35,375 nt of DNA from Nitrosomonadaceae bacterium (GCA_024644425.1 JAHELA010000001.1:1-35375); one strand, 5' to 3'. Shown: positions 9,288-20,660, counted from the stretch's first letter. Notes: generated from the letters alone by a model not told the origin. Numbers and translations: made by a program.

Positions 9288-9689
9288 TTACGTTGTTTCT
9301 TCTCTTTTAAGTGCATATTTATGTACAGCATTTAGTAAACTTTCTTTGGTAAATGGTTTGGTCAGATATTCATTAGATCCAACCATTCTGCCTCGAGCGC
9401 GATCAAATAACCCATCCTTACTTGATAACATGATGACGGGGGTGTCTCGAAAATGAGAGTTTCTTTTGATTAGAGTGCAAGTTTGGTATCCATCGAGACG
9501 CGGCATCATTATGTCAACAAAAATAATATCAGGATGACTGTCAATAATTTTAGCCATCGCATCAAACCCATCTACTGCTAAAATTATTTCACATTTTGAC
9601 TGAGTAAGAAAAATTTCTGCGCTGCGCCGAATTGTATTGCTGTCATCTATCACCATGACTTTAACACCCATCAAATTATCTGCATTCAT
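9288..9689 (-). CDS. pilG: Single-domain CheY-like response regulator, PilG-like
   Basis: 133 aa. VMVIDDSNTIRR, phospho-acceptor context IIFVDIMMPRLDGYQTC, PVIMLSSKDGLFDRARGRMVGSNEYLTKPF. From memory, this closely resembles PilG of the Pil-Chp system. A Shine-Dalgarno AAGGAG lies upstream. Confidence 0.8.
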   Translation of the reverse strand: MNADNLMGVKVMVIDDSNTIRRSAEIFLTQSKCEIILAVDGFDAMAKIIDSHPDIIFVDIMMPRLDGYQTCTLIKRNSHFRDTPVIMLSSKDGLFDRARGRMVGSNEYLTKPFTKESLLNAVHKYALKREETT

Positions 9690-9811
9690 TTTTACTCCTT
9701 AGATTTTTTAACTTGATCGCCATGTTTTGGTGACATATTTCTTATTAAGGATATCAGCCTTGCAGCACTAGGTAAAATTCTATGTGTAATGAGCTTTGAA
9801 ATTTTTGTAAT

Positions 9812-11269
9812 TTACTTTCTCCAGAATGCGGGAATAAACACCACAAGTAAAGTAAAGAGTTCTAATCGTCCTAACAGCATGGTAAAGCTACACACCCAAG
9901 TCTGAAAATCGGTAAGCCCTGCGAAAGTAGTAGCAGGGCCTACTTGATTAAGCCCTGGTCCTAGGTTGTTGATACATGCTACTACTGTAGAAAAAGCCGT
10001 TATAATATCTAGTCCACTAAAGGTAAGAATAAGTGTGAGGGAGACAATACTAGCTAAATAGATAGATAGAAAAGCTAATATCGCGTAAATAACTTGGTTT
10101 GGTACCACGTTGTTACTAAGCTTAACGGGTGAGACTGCCTGGGGATGCATAATTACGGTCATTTCACGAAATACCTGTTTAAATAAAAGCTGTGCGCGGA
10201 TCATCTTAACCCCGCCACCAGTAGAGCCTGAAGAAGAACAGAAACAGCAAAGTACTAACATACACAAAGGTGCAAAAATTGGCCACAAATTATAGTCAGT
10301 ATTACTATAACCTGTGGTAGTGGCCACTGATACCGCGTTGAAACTGACATAGCGTAATGCAGTGAGCAAGTCTGGATAAATCCCCATGCCCCACAAGTAA
10401 ATGGTAAGCACTAAACAGCTTATTAAAATGATAAAAATGAACAGACCGGCTTCTGGGTCGTAACGATAGGGGGATAGACTTTTTTCTCTCCATACCAAAA
10501 AATGTGTGGCAAAATTTACTCCTGCAACTAGCATGAAAAGGATGGCAATACTTTCAATTAGAGGTGAATCCCAATGAGCAAAACTAGCATCGTGAGAAGA
10601 GAAGCCACCTAGCCCAATGGTAGTGAACGCATGCATCACAGAGTCTAACCATGTCATACCTGCCAACTTGTATGAAATGGCACAAGTAAGAGTTATTCCT
10701 GCGTAAACTAACCATAGGCCTTTAGCAGTTTCTGCGATACGCGGAGTTAGCCTAGTGTCTTTCATAGGACCAGGAGTCTCTGCCTTGAACATCTGCCTGC
10801 CACCTACACCAAGTAGTGGCAAAATGGCCACTGCCAACACAATCAAACCCATTCCACCCATCCATACCATCTCAGTGCGCCACAGGTTAATTGAAGGTGG
10901 CAGTAAATCAAGTCCTGTAAGAACTGTGCCACCGCTAGCTGTAAGTCCAGAAGTTGCTTCAAAATAAGCCTTTGTGAAACTTAGATAAGGTATATGAAAT
11001 AGCAGGGGTAGCGTTCCAAACACTGGTAAAACGGACCAGACTAGTACTACAAGTAAAAAACCATCACGTACTTTCAGTTCGCGCTTGAAACTACGAGTTA
11101 CAAGCCACATTAATAAGCCTGATACTATAGTAATCGCAGCAGATTTGAAGTAAACAATTTGTACAACGTTATTTAGCCAAAGTGAAAGCCCAAGTGGCGC
11201 CAACATGGTGAATCCGAATATCAGGATTACTATACCAAGTACATTGAGGACTGCAAAAAGTCGATTCAT
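9812..11269 (-). CDS. trkH: Trk-type potassium uptake protein TrkH
   Basis: A polytopic membrane protein of about 485 aa located directly downstream of trkA. It contains TrkH-type pore-loop segments (TASGGT, IGLGGFS, TTTGYS, GSTGGGVK). The ORF-track start at 11272 is TTG; the adjacent ATG at 11269 is the likelier start. Confidence 0.9.
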   Translation of the reverse strand: MNRLFAVLNVLGIVILIFGFTMLAPLGLSLWLNNVVQIVYFKSAAITIVSGLLMWLVTRSFKRELKVRDGFLLVVLVWSVLPVFGTLPLLFHIPYLSFTKAYFEATSGLTASGGTVLTGLDLLPPSINLWRTEMVWMGGMGLIVLAVAILPLLGVGGRQMFKAETPGPMKDTRLTPRIAETAKGLWLVYAGITLTCAISYKLAGMTWLDSVMHAFTTIGLGGFSSHDASFAHWDSPLIESIAILFMLVAGVNFATHFLVWREKSLSPYRYDPEAGLFIFIILISCLVLTIYLWGMGIYPDLLTALRYVSFNAVSVATTTGYSNTDYNLWPIFAPLCMLVLCCFCSSSGSTGGGVKMIRAQLLFKQVFREMTVIMHPQAVSPVKLSNNVVPNQVIYAILAFLSIYLASIVSLTLILTFSGLDIITAFSTVVACINNLGPGLNQVGPATTFAGLTDFQTWVCSFTMLLGRLELFTLLVVFIPAFWRK

Positions 11270-11281
11270 CAATAGACCCTG

Positions 11282-12745
11282 TTACAGGAAGCCAACACCA
11301 ACCTGAAACAATTTTTCAATCTGTCGAATTAGCTTCTTGTTGATCACAAAAACAATAATATGATCTTCTACTTCAATCACAGTATCATGGTGTGCGATTA
11401 ACACTTGTGCACCGTTACTAGATGAAGCATCTTTTGATTTATTATTTACGTTGTTATCGCTCAATCTTTGACTTTCTGTCATTGACAATCCACGCACAAT
11501 GGCGCCAATAGTTGCGCCCTTAGGTAATCTAATTTCAGACACTTTTCGCCCTACCACATTTGATGAATTAGCATCTCCGTGAGCAACCAATTCCAATGCT
11601 TCCGCTGCACCCCGTCGTAGACTATGTACAGCTACTACATCACCACGCCGAACATGTGCGAGTAGCGAGCCGATAGTAACTTGAGCGGGAGAGATAGCGA
11701 TATCAATGTTTCCACTATGAACTAGGTCCACATACGCACTACGATTGATAAGTGCTATTACTTTGTGCGCGCCAAGGCTTTTTGCTAGCAGAGCTGCCAT
11801 AATATTATTTTCATCATCATTAGTAAGCGCACAAAACATATCCATCTCGGCGACATTTTCACTTTCTAACAAATCCTCATCGGTAGCATCACCATGTAAA
11901 ACTAATGTGTGATGTAGATCTGCGGCCAGATGCTGAGATACTAGCTTTTTGTATTCAATAAGCTTGACCTGATAATTTTTTTCTTGCGCTTTATCCAACG
12001 CATTGGCTAGGCGTTTTCCAATATTACCCCCGCCAGCGATCATTACACGTTCGACAGGTTTATCCATTCGTCTTAGTTCTTGCATTACACTACGAATATT
12101 TTTTGCTGCTGCTAGAAAGAATACTTCATCTCCAGCTTCAACAACTGTATTACCTTCAGGGATAATGGGGTGGTCTCTACGGAATATTGCTGCCACACGT
12201 GTGTCAACATTTGGAACATGCTGGCGTAATTCCTGTAGCTCACGTCCAACCAAAGGACCACCGTGAAATGCTCTTACAGCTACTAAGCTTACTTTTCCGT
12301 TGGCAAAATCAAGTACCTGCAAGGCTTCTGGAAATTCGATCAGTTTTTCAATATACTCGGTTACAATCTGCTCTGGGCAGATAGCGAAATCAACCCCAAA
12401 ATTTTCTGGTGAAAAGATTTCTGGGTAGGCAAGAAAATTGGACGAGTGAATACGAGCAATTTTGGTAGGAATGTTAAACATTGTGGCTGCAAGTTTACAT
12501 GCTACTAAATTTGTTTCATCACTCTGAGTTACGGCCAGAATCATGTCAGCATCTTTGGCGCCTGCTTTATCAAGAACTGATGGGTGAGAGGCATTTCCTA
12601 CTATAGTTCGCAAATCAAGATGATCCTGTAGCGGCTGAAGTGTTTTTGAGGCCACATCAACTAGAGTAATATCGTTGGCTTCATTAACCAGACTTTCTGC
12701 CACAGATGTACCAACTCGTCCTGCGCCCAGAATGATGATTTTCAA
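11282..12745 (-). CDS. trkA: Trk system NAD-binding regulatory protein TrkA (tandem RCK domains)
   Basis: MKIIILGAGRVGTSVAE plus a second Rossmann motif VMIAGGGNIGKRLA. From memory it is collinear with E. coli TrkA, except for an insertion of about 26 aa near the C-terminus. Confidence 0.93.
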   Translation of the reverse strand: MKIIILGAGRVGTSVAESLVNEANDITLVDVASKTLQPLQDHLDLRTIVGNASHPSVLDKAGAKDADMILAVTQSDETNLVACKLAATMFNIPTKIARIHSSNFLAYPEIFSPENFGVDFAICPEQIVTEYIEKLIEFPEALQVLDFANGKVSLVAVRAFHGGPLVGRELQELRQHVPNVDTRVAAIFRRDHPIIPEGNTVVEAGDEVFFLAAAKNIRSVMQELRRMDKPVERVMIAGGGNIGKRLANALDKAQEKNYQVKLIEYKKLVSQHLAADLHHTLVLHGDATDEDLLESENVAEMDMFCALTNDDENNIMAALLAKSLGAHKVIALINRSAYVDLVHSGNIDIAISPAQVTIGSLLAHVRRGDVVAVHSLRRGAAEALELVAHGDANSSNVVGRKVSEIRLPKGATIGAIVRGLSMTESQRLSDNNVNNKSKDASSSNGAQVLIAHHDTVIEVEDHIIVFVINKKLIRQIEKLFQVGVGFL

Positions 12746-12808
12746 TTGAGTTTCCCGTCTTAAAAATATTGTTATATTATCCCTGATTTACGGGAGTATG
12801 GTGCTATG

Positions 12809-13609
12809 TTACCTATGCTGGCGTACCCAGTCACGCCACTGTATACCCAAACTAGGATTAAGTGCAGCAATTATAGAGCGCTGCCAGAGCGGCTCATCCC
12901 AGAAATCATCTTGGTCGAAGCCACACATGTACCCGCCTGCTTCTTCTAATATTAAGCTGCCTGCAGCGTAATCCCATGGCTTTTGTCCGCCGTGTAAATA
13001 AATGTCAAAACGGCCAGCAGCAGTGAAGCACCATTCCAATGCACATGCACCATAATTGCGGTGAGAAGAAAATGGAGGGACTGTAGAAATAGCTGTTCCT
13101 AACTTATCATTAAGCCGCTTCAAATCTACATTTGCCATAGCATCACCTAGAGTAGGAGTGTATTCTTTGATTGGTAGCTTTTCACCATTTAAATAAGCGC
13201 CTTTTCCTTTTTCAGCATAAAACATCTCATCTGCAACTGGATCATAAACTACACCTAATACACTTCTACCGTTTCGCATCAGTGCTACTGAAACAGCAAA
13301 GTAAGGTAGACCGTTGACAAAATTAGTAGTGCCATCTATTGGATCTAAACACCATAATCCAGCTTCACCAGTGACCCATTGATCAGTTTGTTGTTTTTTT
13401 GACATTTCTTCACTTACAACCGAAGCTGGATAAACTTTTGATAATTCTCGTAATAGAGCTTCTTGTGCAGCAATATCAGCCTCAGTACACAAACTTCCAT
13501 CAGATTTCTGATGATGTACCACCTTTAAGTATCGTGGCATGATTTCCTGCTTTGCTACCTTTTTTACAATTGAAATAACCGTTTTTAGCACGTATTCTCT
13601 GCTCGCCAT
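12809..13609 (-). CDS. Inositol monophosphatase family protein (SuhB/CysQ-like)
   Basis: Family motifs SEE, WCLDPIDGTTNF and WDYAAG are present. 266 aa. The start overlaps the upstream gene by 25 nt; an alternative GTG at 13591 is possible. Confidence 0.85.
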   Translation of the reverse strand: MASREYVLKTVISIVKKVAKQEIMPRYLKVVHHQKSDGSLCTEADIAAQEALLRELSKVYPASVVSEEMSKKQQTDQWVTGEAGLWCLDPIDGTTNFVNGLPYFAVSVALMRNGRSVLGVVYDPVADEMFYAEKGKGAYLNGEKLPIKEYTPTLGDAMANVDLKRLNDKLGTAISTVPPFSSHRNYGACALEWCFTAAGRFDIYLHGGQKPWDYAAGSLILEEAGGYMCGFDQDDFWDEPLWQRSIIAALNPSLGIQWRDWVRQHR

Positions 13610-14151
13610 TTAATCGAACATCCCATGCTAGGTATCTGCTCCTTTGGCCCCTGGCCAGTTTTTGCTATTTCTAGCATACCCTCAAAAAGATCTCGTCGTA
13701 CATCAATAGGTGCAGCTTCTTTACGAGAAGCATCAAGGCGCCCACGGTATTGTAATTCGAATTTATTGTTAAAACCAAAGAAATCTGGAGTACATACAGC
13801 ACCATAAGTTTTTGCAACTTGCTGAGATTCATCCATTACGTATGGGAACGGAAAATCAAATTTCTTTGCAACTAAAACCATATTGTCAATCGAATCCTCA
13901 GGGTAATCTGAAGGATCATTTGACATAATGGCTATTGCTCCTATACCGTGTTGATGAAGTTCCTTCACATCACGAATGATGCGGTCCAACACAGCTTTTA
14001 CGTATGGACAGTGATTGCAAATAAACATTATTAGTAATCCATTTTTACCCTTTACTGATTCTAAATCATAGTGTTTTCCATCAATTCCCGGTAAATTAAA
14101 ATTTGCTGCTTTCCAGCCAAAATCACAGATAGGTGTTTCTAAGCTCGCCAT
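13585..14151 (-). CDS. Thioredoxin-fold protein (AhpC/TSA-like thiol-disulfide oxidoreductase family)
   Basis: 188 aa with CNHCPYV (a CxxC redox motif in a thioredoxin-fold context, LLIMFICNHCPYVK). A Shine-Dalgarno GGAGAGG lies upstream of the ATG. Confidence 0.75.
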   Translation of the reverse strand: MASLETPICDFGWKAANFNLPGIDGKHYDLESVKGKNGLLIMFICNHCPYVKAVLDRIIRDVKELHQHGIGAIAIMSNDPSDYPEDSIDNMVLVAKKFDFPFPYVMDESQQVAKTYGAVCTPDFFGFNNKFELQYRGRLDASRKEAAPIDVRRDLFEGMLEIAKTGQGPKEQIPSMGCSIKWRAENTC

Positions 14152-14230
14152 ATTACCTCTCCTACAATACTTTAAAGAATTGCTGTTATATTATCATGAG
14201 CAAAGAACATAACATTTTATTTGAAAAACT

Positions 14231-14998
14231 ATGATGTTTCCGCGTTTTTATTACCCAGAGAAGATTGAAGTAGATCAGATTGTCGAGTTACCTGCTAACG
14301 CAATGCATCATGCGGTACATGTATTGAGGCTTGAACAAGGAAATAAAGTTACTTTATTCAATGGTAAAGGCGGGGAGTATACAGCGTCCGTTGAACGAAC
14401 AAATAATAAAAGTACTTTATGTCTAATAAAAGAATATCTTAATGTTGAGCGAGAGTCACCCTTTCATATTACCCTTGCTCAAGGTATATGTACTAACGTG
14501 AAAATGGATTTGATTGTACGAAAAACAGTGGAGTTAGGTGTTGGAGACATACAGCCCATAGCTACAAAACGAAGTTTGGTAAAACTATCGAATGAGCGTG
14601 CAGAGAGGCGAGTAAGACACTGGCAACGAATTGCCATTTCTGCTTGTGAACAATGTGGTAGAAATCGTTTGCCTCCAATATTTCCACCTATGCTTTTGTC
14701 AGACTGGCTTGACAGACAGATGCACGCACAAAAGAATTTAAGCGAAGATATTTCTCAGAATTTATTTTTTATACTTTCGCCTATAGCAGAAAAAAGATTA
14801 CGTGATTTTTCATATTTGTCATCTGTTTCTAAGTTAACATTATTGATTGGGCCAGAAGGCGGATTTACACCAGCAGAGAATGCAGCTGTTTCGGCTGCAG
14901 CATATATTCCACTTCGACTAGGCGAGCGTACTCTTAGAACCGAAAGTGCAGCGATTGCATCGATTTCAGCACTACAAGCCTTGTGGGGGGATTATTAA
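14231..14998 (+). CDS. rsmE: 16S rRNA (uracil1498-N3)-methyltransferase RsmE
   Basis: PRFYYPE at the N-terminus, a PUA-like N-domain, and the SPOUT C-terminal motifs LLIGPEGGFTPAE and LGERTLRTESAA. Confidence 0.85.
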   Translation: MMFPRFYYPEKIEVDQIVELPANAMHHAVHVLRLEQGNKVTLFNGKGGEYTASVERTNNKSTLCLIKEYLNVERESPFHITLAQGICTNVKMDLIVRKTVELGVGDIQPIATKRSLVKLSNERAERRVRHWQRIAISACEQCGRNRLPPIFPPMLLSDWLDRQMHAQKNLSEDISQNLFFILSPIAEKRLRDFSYLSSVSKLTLLIGPEGGFTPAENAAVSAAAYIPLRLGERTLRTESAAIASISALQALWGDY

Positions 14999-15283
14999 TT
15001 TATTTGTAAGAGCAAATTTTATGTAGATATTCGTGAAGTTAGTGCAAAATAAAAAGGGTAAGGAGTTTTCTATTTTTATCATAACAAAATTTGTGTGATA
15101 TTGGTCTGCTCTTATTTTCTTCACCATGTTTAATTATCTTAAATATCAATACAATTAGTTGGTCCACACATGCTATGTATATATAAGATTTCAGGTATTC
15201 TGAGATATTGATAGTTTACTTAGTTAATTGGAATAGTCATAATGAAATAGTTGCATCAATTACTATAACAGGAGGGGAATTTA

Positions 15284-15556
15284 ATGGTAAGAATGGTTCA
15301 GTGTGTCAAGCTTGGACGTGAAGCTGAAGGGCTAGATTTTCCACCATATCCGGGTGAACTGGGCAAGCGTATTTTTGAGAAGGTGTCCAGAGAAGCTTGG
15401 GCCGGGTGGATAAAACATCAAACCATGCTAGTTAATGAGAATCACTTGAATCTTGCCAATATCAAAGCACGTAAATATTTAGCTGAACAAATGGAAGCTC
15501 ATTTTTTTGGTGATGGCGCAGAGAACCCCCCAGGTTATGTACCGCCATCACAGTGA
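15284..15556 (+). CDS. yggX: Fe(2+)-trafficking / oxidative-damage protection protein YggX
   Basis: 90 aa. [45 protein letters not shown] is the YggX signature. A strong Shine-Dalgarno AGGAGGGG lies upstream. Confidence 0.9.
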   Translation: MVRMVQCVKLGREAEGLDFPPYPGELGKRIFEKVSREAWAGWIKHQTMLVNENHLNLANIKARKYLAEQMEAHFFGDGAENPPGYVPPSQ

Positions 15557-15593
15557 AAAGTATTTAGAAAATTTCTAAGCTGTAAGTTACTCC

Positions 15594-15642
15594 AAATAGA
15601 ATTTAAGTAGAAAACACTTGCCGCACCTAAATTCTATTTTTT
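15594..15642. terminator. AT-rich long-loop hairpin between convergent yggX and fba (possible bidirectional terminator)
   Basis: AAATAGAATTTA (15594-15605) pairs perfectly with TAAATTCTATTT (15628-15639) across a 22-nt loop, followed by TTT. The stem is weak and all A/T, so confidence is low. Confidence 0.3.
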
Positions 15643-15649
15643 CAATAGC

Positions 15650-16714
15650 TTATTTGATAATAGCTTTTAATTCCCCTTTGGCGTATTTGTTTGCCATTTG
15701 TTCTAGCATGATAGGCTTAATTTTATCTGCCTGACCAGCACAGCCGAACGATTCGAAGCGAGCTTTACAGATGTCTTTGGCAGCAGCGGTTGCATCCTTC
15801 AGGAATTTTCTTGGGTCAAACTCACTTTTGTTTTTGGCCAAGTGACGTCGAACTGCACCAGTCATGGCGAGGCGGATATCAGTATCAATGTTAACCTTAC
15901 GAACACCATGCTTGATGCCTTCCTGAATTTCTTTCACTGGTACACCGTAGGTTTCTTTCATTTCTCCACCATATTCTCGGATAATTTCGAGCCATTCTTG
16001 TGGGACTGAACTTGACCCATGCATAACTAAGTGTGTATTTGGAATTCGCTTGTGGATTTCCTTAATACGTTCGATAGCGAGAATATCTCCTGTTGGTTTA
16101 CGCGTAAACTTATAAGCGCCGTGAGAGGTTCCGATAGCGATCGCTAATGCGTCTACACCAGATTTCTTAACAAAATCAGCAGCTTCTTCTGGATCAGTTA
16201 GCAACTGGTCATGGGTTAGCTTGCCTTCTGCCCCCTGACCATCTTCCTTGTCGCCCATACCGGTCTCCAATGATCCCAAACATCCCAACTCTCCTTCAAC
16301 AGAAACACCAACTGAATGGGCCATATCCACCACTTTAGTAGTAACTTCTACGTTATATTCATAGGATGATGGCGTTTTGGCATCAGCTTCCAGCGAGCCA
16401 TCCATCATGACACTGGAGAAACCGCTACGTATGGCGTTGGTACAAACGGCTGGAGTGGCACCATGATCTTGATGCATGACCACAGGAATATGTGGGTACG
16501 ATTCCACTGCTGCGGCGATTAGGTGACGTAGAAAAGCTTCTCCAGCGTATTTACGAGCACCTGCAGATCCTTGCATAATTACGGGACTATTACATTCATC
16601 AGCTGCCTGCATGATGGCCTGGATTTGTTCTAAATTGTTTACGTTAAAAGCGGGGAGGCCGTAACCATTTTCCGCCGCATGGTCCAAAAGTTGTCTCATT
16701 GATACGAGTGCCAT
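15650..16714 (-). CDS. fba: Class II fructose-1,6-bisphosphate aldolase (Calvin-cycle/CbbA subtype)
   Basis: [27 protein letters not shown], zinc-ligand context HQDHG and [16 protein letters not shown]. The ORF-track TTG at 16729 is an artefact: GGAGGAA at 16721-16727 is the Shine-Dalgarno for the ATG at 16714. Confidence 0.94.
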   Translation of the reverse strand: MALVSMRQLLDHAAENGYGLPAFNVNNLEQIQAIMQAADECNSPVIMQGSAGARKYAGEAFLRHLIAAAVESYPHIPVVMHQDHGATPAVCTNAIRSGFSSVMMDGSLEADAKTPSSYEYNVEVTTKVVDMAHSVGVSVEGELGCLGSLETGMGDKEDGQGAEGKLTHDQLLTDPEEAADFVKKSGVDALAIAIGTSHGAYKFTRKPTGDILAIERIKEIHKRIPNTHLVMHGSSSVPQEWLEIIREYGGEMKETYGVPVKEIQEGIKHGVRKVNIDTDIRLAMTGAVRRHLAKNKSEFDPRKFLKDATAAAKDICKARFESFGCAGQADKIKPIMLEQMANKYAKGELKAIIK

Positions 16715-16827
16715 TTGAGTTTCCTCCAAGAAAGAATCTGAAACTATGATTCGAAGTTAAGGAATAGTACAGTTTAAGACTAAGAAAATCCAATGAATTA
16801 AACTCAACACTTCGATTTCCAGTTTAT

Positions 16828-18282
16828 TCAATTATTTATATGCTCTCCAACTTTAACAATCTTCATAGTATTTGTTCCGCCAGCTTTACCTACTGGTTCA
16901 CCGATAGTCATTAGGATGAGATCACCATTCTTTACTACGCCACGCTTGAGCAACTCATTTTCTGCTAAATTTAATATTATTTCTGGATCACGCAGTCCAC
17001 CCCCAAAGTTCACGGGATAAACACCGCGGAATAAAGTCATTTTACGCCGAGTATCTACTTGTGGGCTTAGCGCAAATATCGGTACATTGGAGCTTTTTCT
17101 CGACATTAGCAGCGCTGTCAGTCCACTTTGGGTTAGAGCAGCAATAGCAGAAATTTTTAAGCCACCTGCAGTGAACATAGTAGCACGTGCAATTGCTTCT
17201 TCGATGGTGTCCGGCATGCCACCTTGCATTCTTCTAAGGTCGAGGTTAACTAGGTATTCTTTTTCCGCTTCAAGGCATACTCTAGCCATAGCCTCAACTG
17301 CTTCTACAGGGTATCGTCCCGAGGCAGATTCTGAGGATAACATTACTGCGTCGGTACCATCTAGCACGGCATTGGCAACGTCAGAAACTTCTGCTCGGGT
17401 AGGAATTGGACTTGCAATCATTGATTCCATCATCTGAGTAGCAGTCACAACCAGTTTGTTACGATTGCGGGCAGTGCGGATCATTTTTTTTTGTAAGGCT
17501 GGTACTGCTGCATCACCAACTTCGACTGAAAGATCGCCGCGTGCCACCATAATGGCATCGGAGGCTTGCAAAATATCATCCAAAGCTGAAATTGCTTCTG
17601 TACGCTCGATTTTTGCCATCAGTAAGCTTTTGCCCCCGGAATTTCGCATCAGCTCACGTGCTTTATTTATATCTGCTCCAGAACGCGGGAAAGATACCGC
17701 AAGGTAATCTGCATCGAAAGCCGCCGCCGTCTTAATATCTTCTATATCCTTACTGGTTAATGCAGGCGCGCTACTAAGCCCACCACCCTTACGGTTGATT
17801 CCTTTGTTGTTCGATAGTTTTCCGCCATGTTCAACCGTGCAATATACTTTACCCCCTTTGACTTCAGAAACACTTAATACAATGTGACCATCATCTAGCA
17901 TAAGAGTTACACCAGGTTCCACATCATTCGGTAGTTCTTTATAATCGAGTCCAACACATTCTTGATTACCAAGATCACAATTATTGTCAAGCACGAATTT
18001 ATCGCCAGTTTTGAGGGTCACACTTCCATTTTCAAATTTTCCGATACGAATTTTTGGCCCTTGCAAATCTGCAAGTACTCCAACAGAATGCCCGGCAGAT
18101 CGTGCTAGCGAACGTGTTAATTCAGTGATTTCAATATGTTCTTCCTTAGTGCCGTGAGAAAAATTGATGCGCACCACATCAACTCCTGCTTGTATCATTT
18201 GTTCCAGAATTTTTGAATCACTAGATGCTGGACCAAGAGTGGCAACAATTTTGGTCCTTCTTAGCATTTTTCTTCTGATCAT
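16828..18282 (-). CDS. pyk: Pyruvate kinase
   Basis: RRTKIVATLGPAS, VRINFSHG, MVARGDLSVEV, ATQMMESM. The start is either the ATG at 18282 or the ATG at 18267 (MLRRTKIV...). Confidence 0.93.
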   Translation of the reverse strand: MIRRKMLRRTKIVATLGPASSDSKILEQMIQAGVDVVRINFSHGTKEEHIEITELTRSLARSAGHSVGVLADLQGPKIRIGKFENGSVTLKTGDKFVLDNNCDLGNQECVGLDYKELPNDVEPGVTLMLDDGHIVLSVSEVKGGKVYCTVEHGGKLSNNKGINRKGGGLSSAPALTSKDIEDIKTAAAFDADYLAVSFPRSGADINKARELMRNSGGKSLLMAKIERTEAISALDDILQASDAIMVARGDLSVEVGDAAVPALQKKMIRTARNRNKLVVTATQMMESMIASPIPTRAEVSDVANAVLDGTDAVMLSSESASGRYPVEAVEAMARVCLEAEKEYLVNLDLRRMQGGMPDTIEEAIARATMFTAGGLKISAIAALTQSGLTALLMSRKSSNVPIFALSPQVDTRRKMTLFRGVYPVNFGGGLRDPEIILNLAENELLKRGVVKNGDLILMTIGEPVGKAGGTNTMKIVKVGEHINN

Positions 18283-18320
18283 ATTCTTATTCTAGTAGCA
18301 GGTTGAAAAATGGATATGTA

Positions 18321-19499
18321 TTAACAAGCACGTTTTTCCAATATTTCTACTGCAGGTAATTTTTTGCCTTCCAGAAATTCTAGAAAAGCACCGCCAGCAG
18401 TTGAAATGTAAGATATCTTGTCATAAATGTTATATTTTTGAATAGCAGCAATTGTGTCGCCACCGCCTGCAAGAGTAAAAGCTTTTGTGTTGGCGATGGC
18501 CATGGCTATCGTTTTAGTGCCAGTTCCAAATTGATCAAATTCAAACACACCAACTGGACCATTCCAAACCACAGTCCCAGCTTTCATAATAATGTCAGCT
18601 AATTCTTGTGCGCTCTTTGGGCCAATATCAAAGATCATCTCTTCATCAGACACTGAATTAGCATCCTTCAATACTGCTGGTTCATCTACACTGAATTTCT
18701 TTCCGACCACGACATCTACAGCGATAGGAATCGAAGCATTTCGTTTTGCCATTTTGTCCATTAAATTTTTGGCGGTAGAGACTAGATCGTCTTCGCACAA
18801 GGATTTTCCAATATTTTTACCAGTAGCCTTAAGAAAAGTATTGGCAATGCCACCACCCACTACCATTTGATCTACTTTTTCTGACAAAGACTCGAGTACT
18901 GTTAACTTAGTTGAAACTTTAGAACCACCGACAATGGCTACCATGGGCCGCATCGGATTTAATAAAGCTTTGGTAAGCGCTTCTAGCTCTTCCGTCAATA
19001 AGATTCCGGCACATGCAACAGGGGAATATTTTGCAATACCATGAGTTGAGGCTTGTGCGCGGTGCGCGGTGCCAAAAGCATCCATCACGAATACATCGCA
19101 TAGCTTGGCATATTTTTGCGCAGTTTCATCATTATTTTTCTTTTCACCTTTATTAAATCGACAGTTTTCTAATACCACTAGCTCACCATCTTCAACTTCA
19201 AATTCACCATCTATCCAATCTTTGATTAAACGCACTGGTTTGTTAAGGCGCGCAGAGATATTGTCAGCAACCGGTTTAAGTGAGTTTTCTGGAGACCATA
19301 CGCCCTCTTCAGGACGGCCAAGATGAGAGGTCACCATCACTTTAGCGCCTTGCTTTAAGCAGTAATCAATTGTTGCCATAGAGGCGGTGATACGTGCATC
19401 AGATGTTACCGTTTCGTCCTTGATTGGCACATTAAGATCAGCACGAATGAATACTCGTTTACTTTTGAGACTAAGATCAGTAAGTTTTATGACTGGCAT
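18321..19499 (-). CDS. pgk: Phosphoglycerate kinase
   Basis: [40 protein letters not shown]. The ORF-track start at 19550 is TTG with a non-homologous 17-aa extension. The ATG at 19499 gives the canonical N-terminus. Confidence 0.93.
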   Translation of the reverse strand: MPVIKLTDLSLKSKRVFIRADLNVPIKDETVTSDARITASMATIDYCLKQGAKVMVTSHLGRPEEGVWSPENSLKPVADNISARLNKPVRLIKDWIDGEFEVEDGELVVLENCRFNKGEKKNNDETAQKYAKLCDVFVMDAFGTAHRAQASTHGIAKYSPVACAGILLTEELEALTKALLNPMRPMVAIVGGSKVSTKLTVLESLSEKVDQMVVGGGIANTFLKATGKNIGKSLCEDDLVSTAKNLMDKMAKRNASIPIAVDVVVGKKFSVDEPAVLKDANSVSDEEMIFDIGPKSAQELADIIMKAGTVVWNGPVGVFEFDQFGTGTKTIAMAIANTKAFTLAGGGDTIAAIQKYNIYDKISYISTAGGAFLEFLEGKKLPAVEILEKRAC

Positions 19500-19540
19500 A
19501 ACAAATTTAAATATATCTTGTAATTCAAATATTAATTTTA

Positions 19541-19557
19541 GGGGTATCAATTACCCC
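19541..19557 (-). other. Intercistronic stem-loop between gap and pgk
   Basis: GGGGTA-TCAAT-TACCCC (6-bp stem, 5-nt loop) lies 42-58 nt upstream of the pgk ATG. No U-tract follows it on the transcribed strand. Confidence 0.35.
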
Positions 19558-19624
19558 CCCTCATCTTCGGAATGTGCAAGGCTTAAGTAGAAATCAGATT
19601 TTTATATTTCACTTCTAAATAAAA

Positions 19625-20656
<1,032 letters not shown>

Positions 20657-20660
20657 CTAC

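Noticed and set aside
17087-17437. A 116-aa plus-strand ORF antisense to pyk. Many similar shadow ORFs of 60-105 aa are antisense to secA, trkH, trkA, pgk, gap, tkt, ntrX, ntrY and rsmB, for example 3968-4285, 12003-12266, 19069-19326, 20211-20498 and 25981-26250.
   Set aside because: Each lies entirely inside a strongly supported gene on the opposite strand. They have Ala/Ser/Arg/Pro-rich, low-complexity translations with no recognisable motifs and no ribosome-binding sites. This is typical frame-shadow ORF behaviour.
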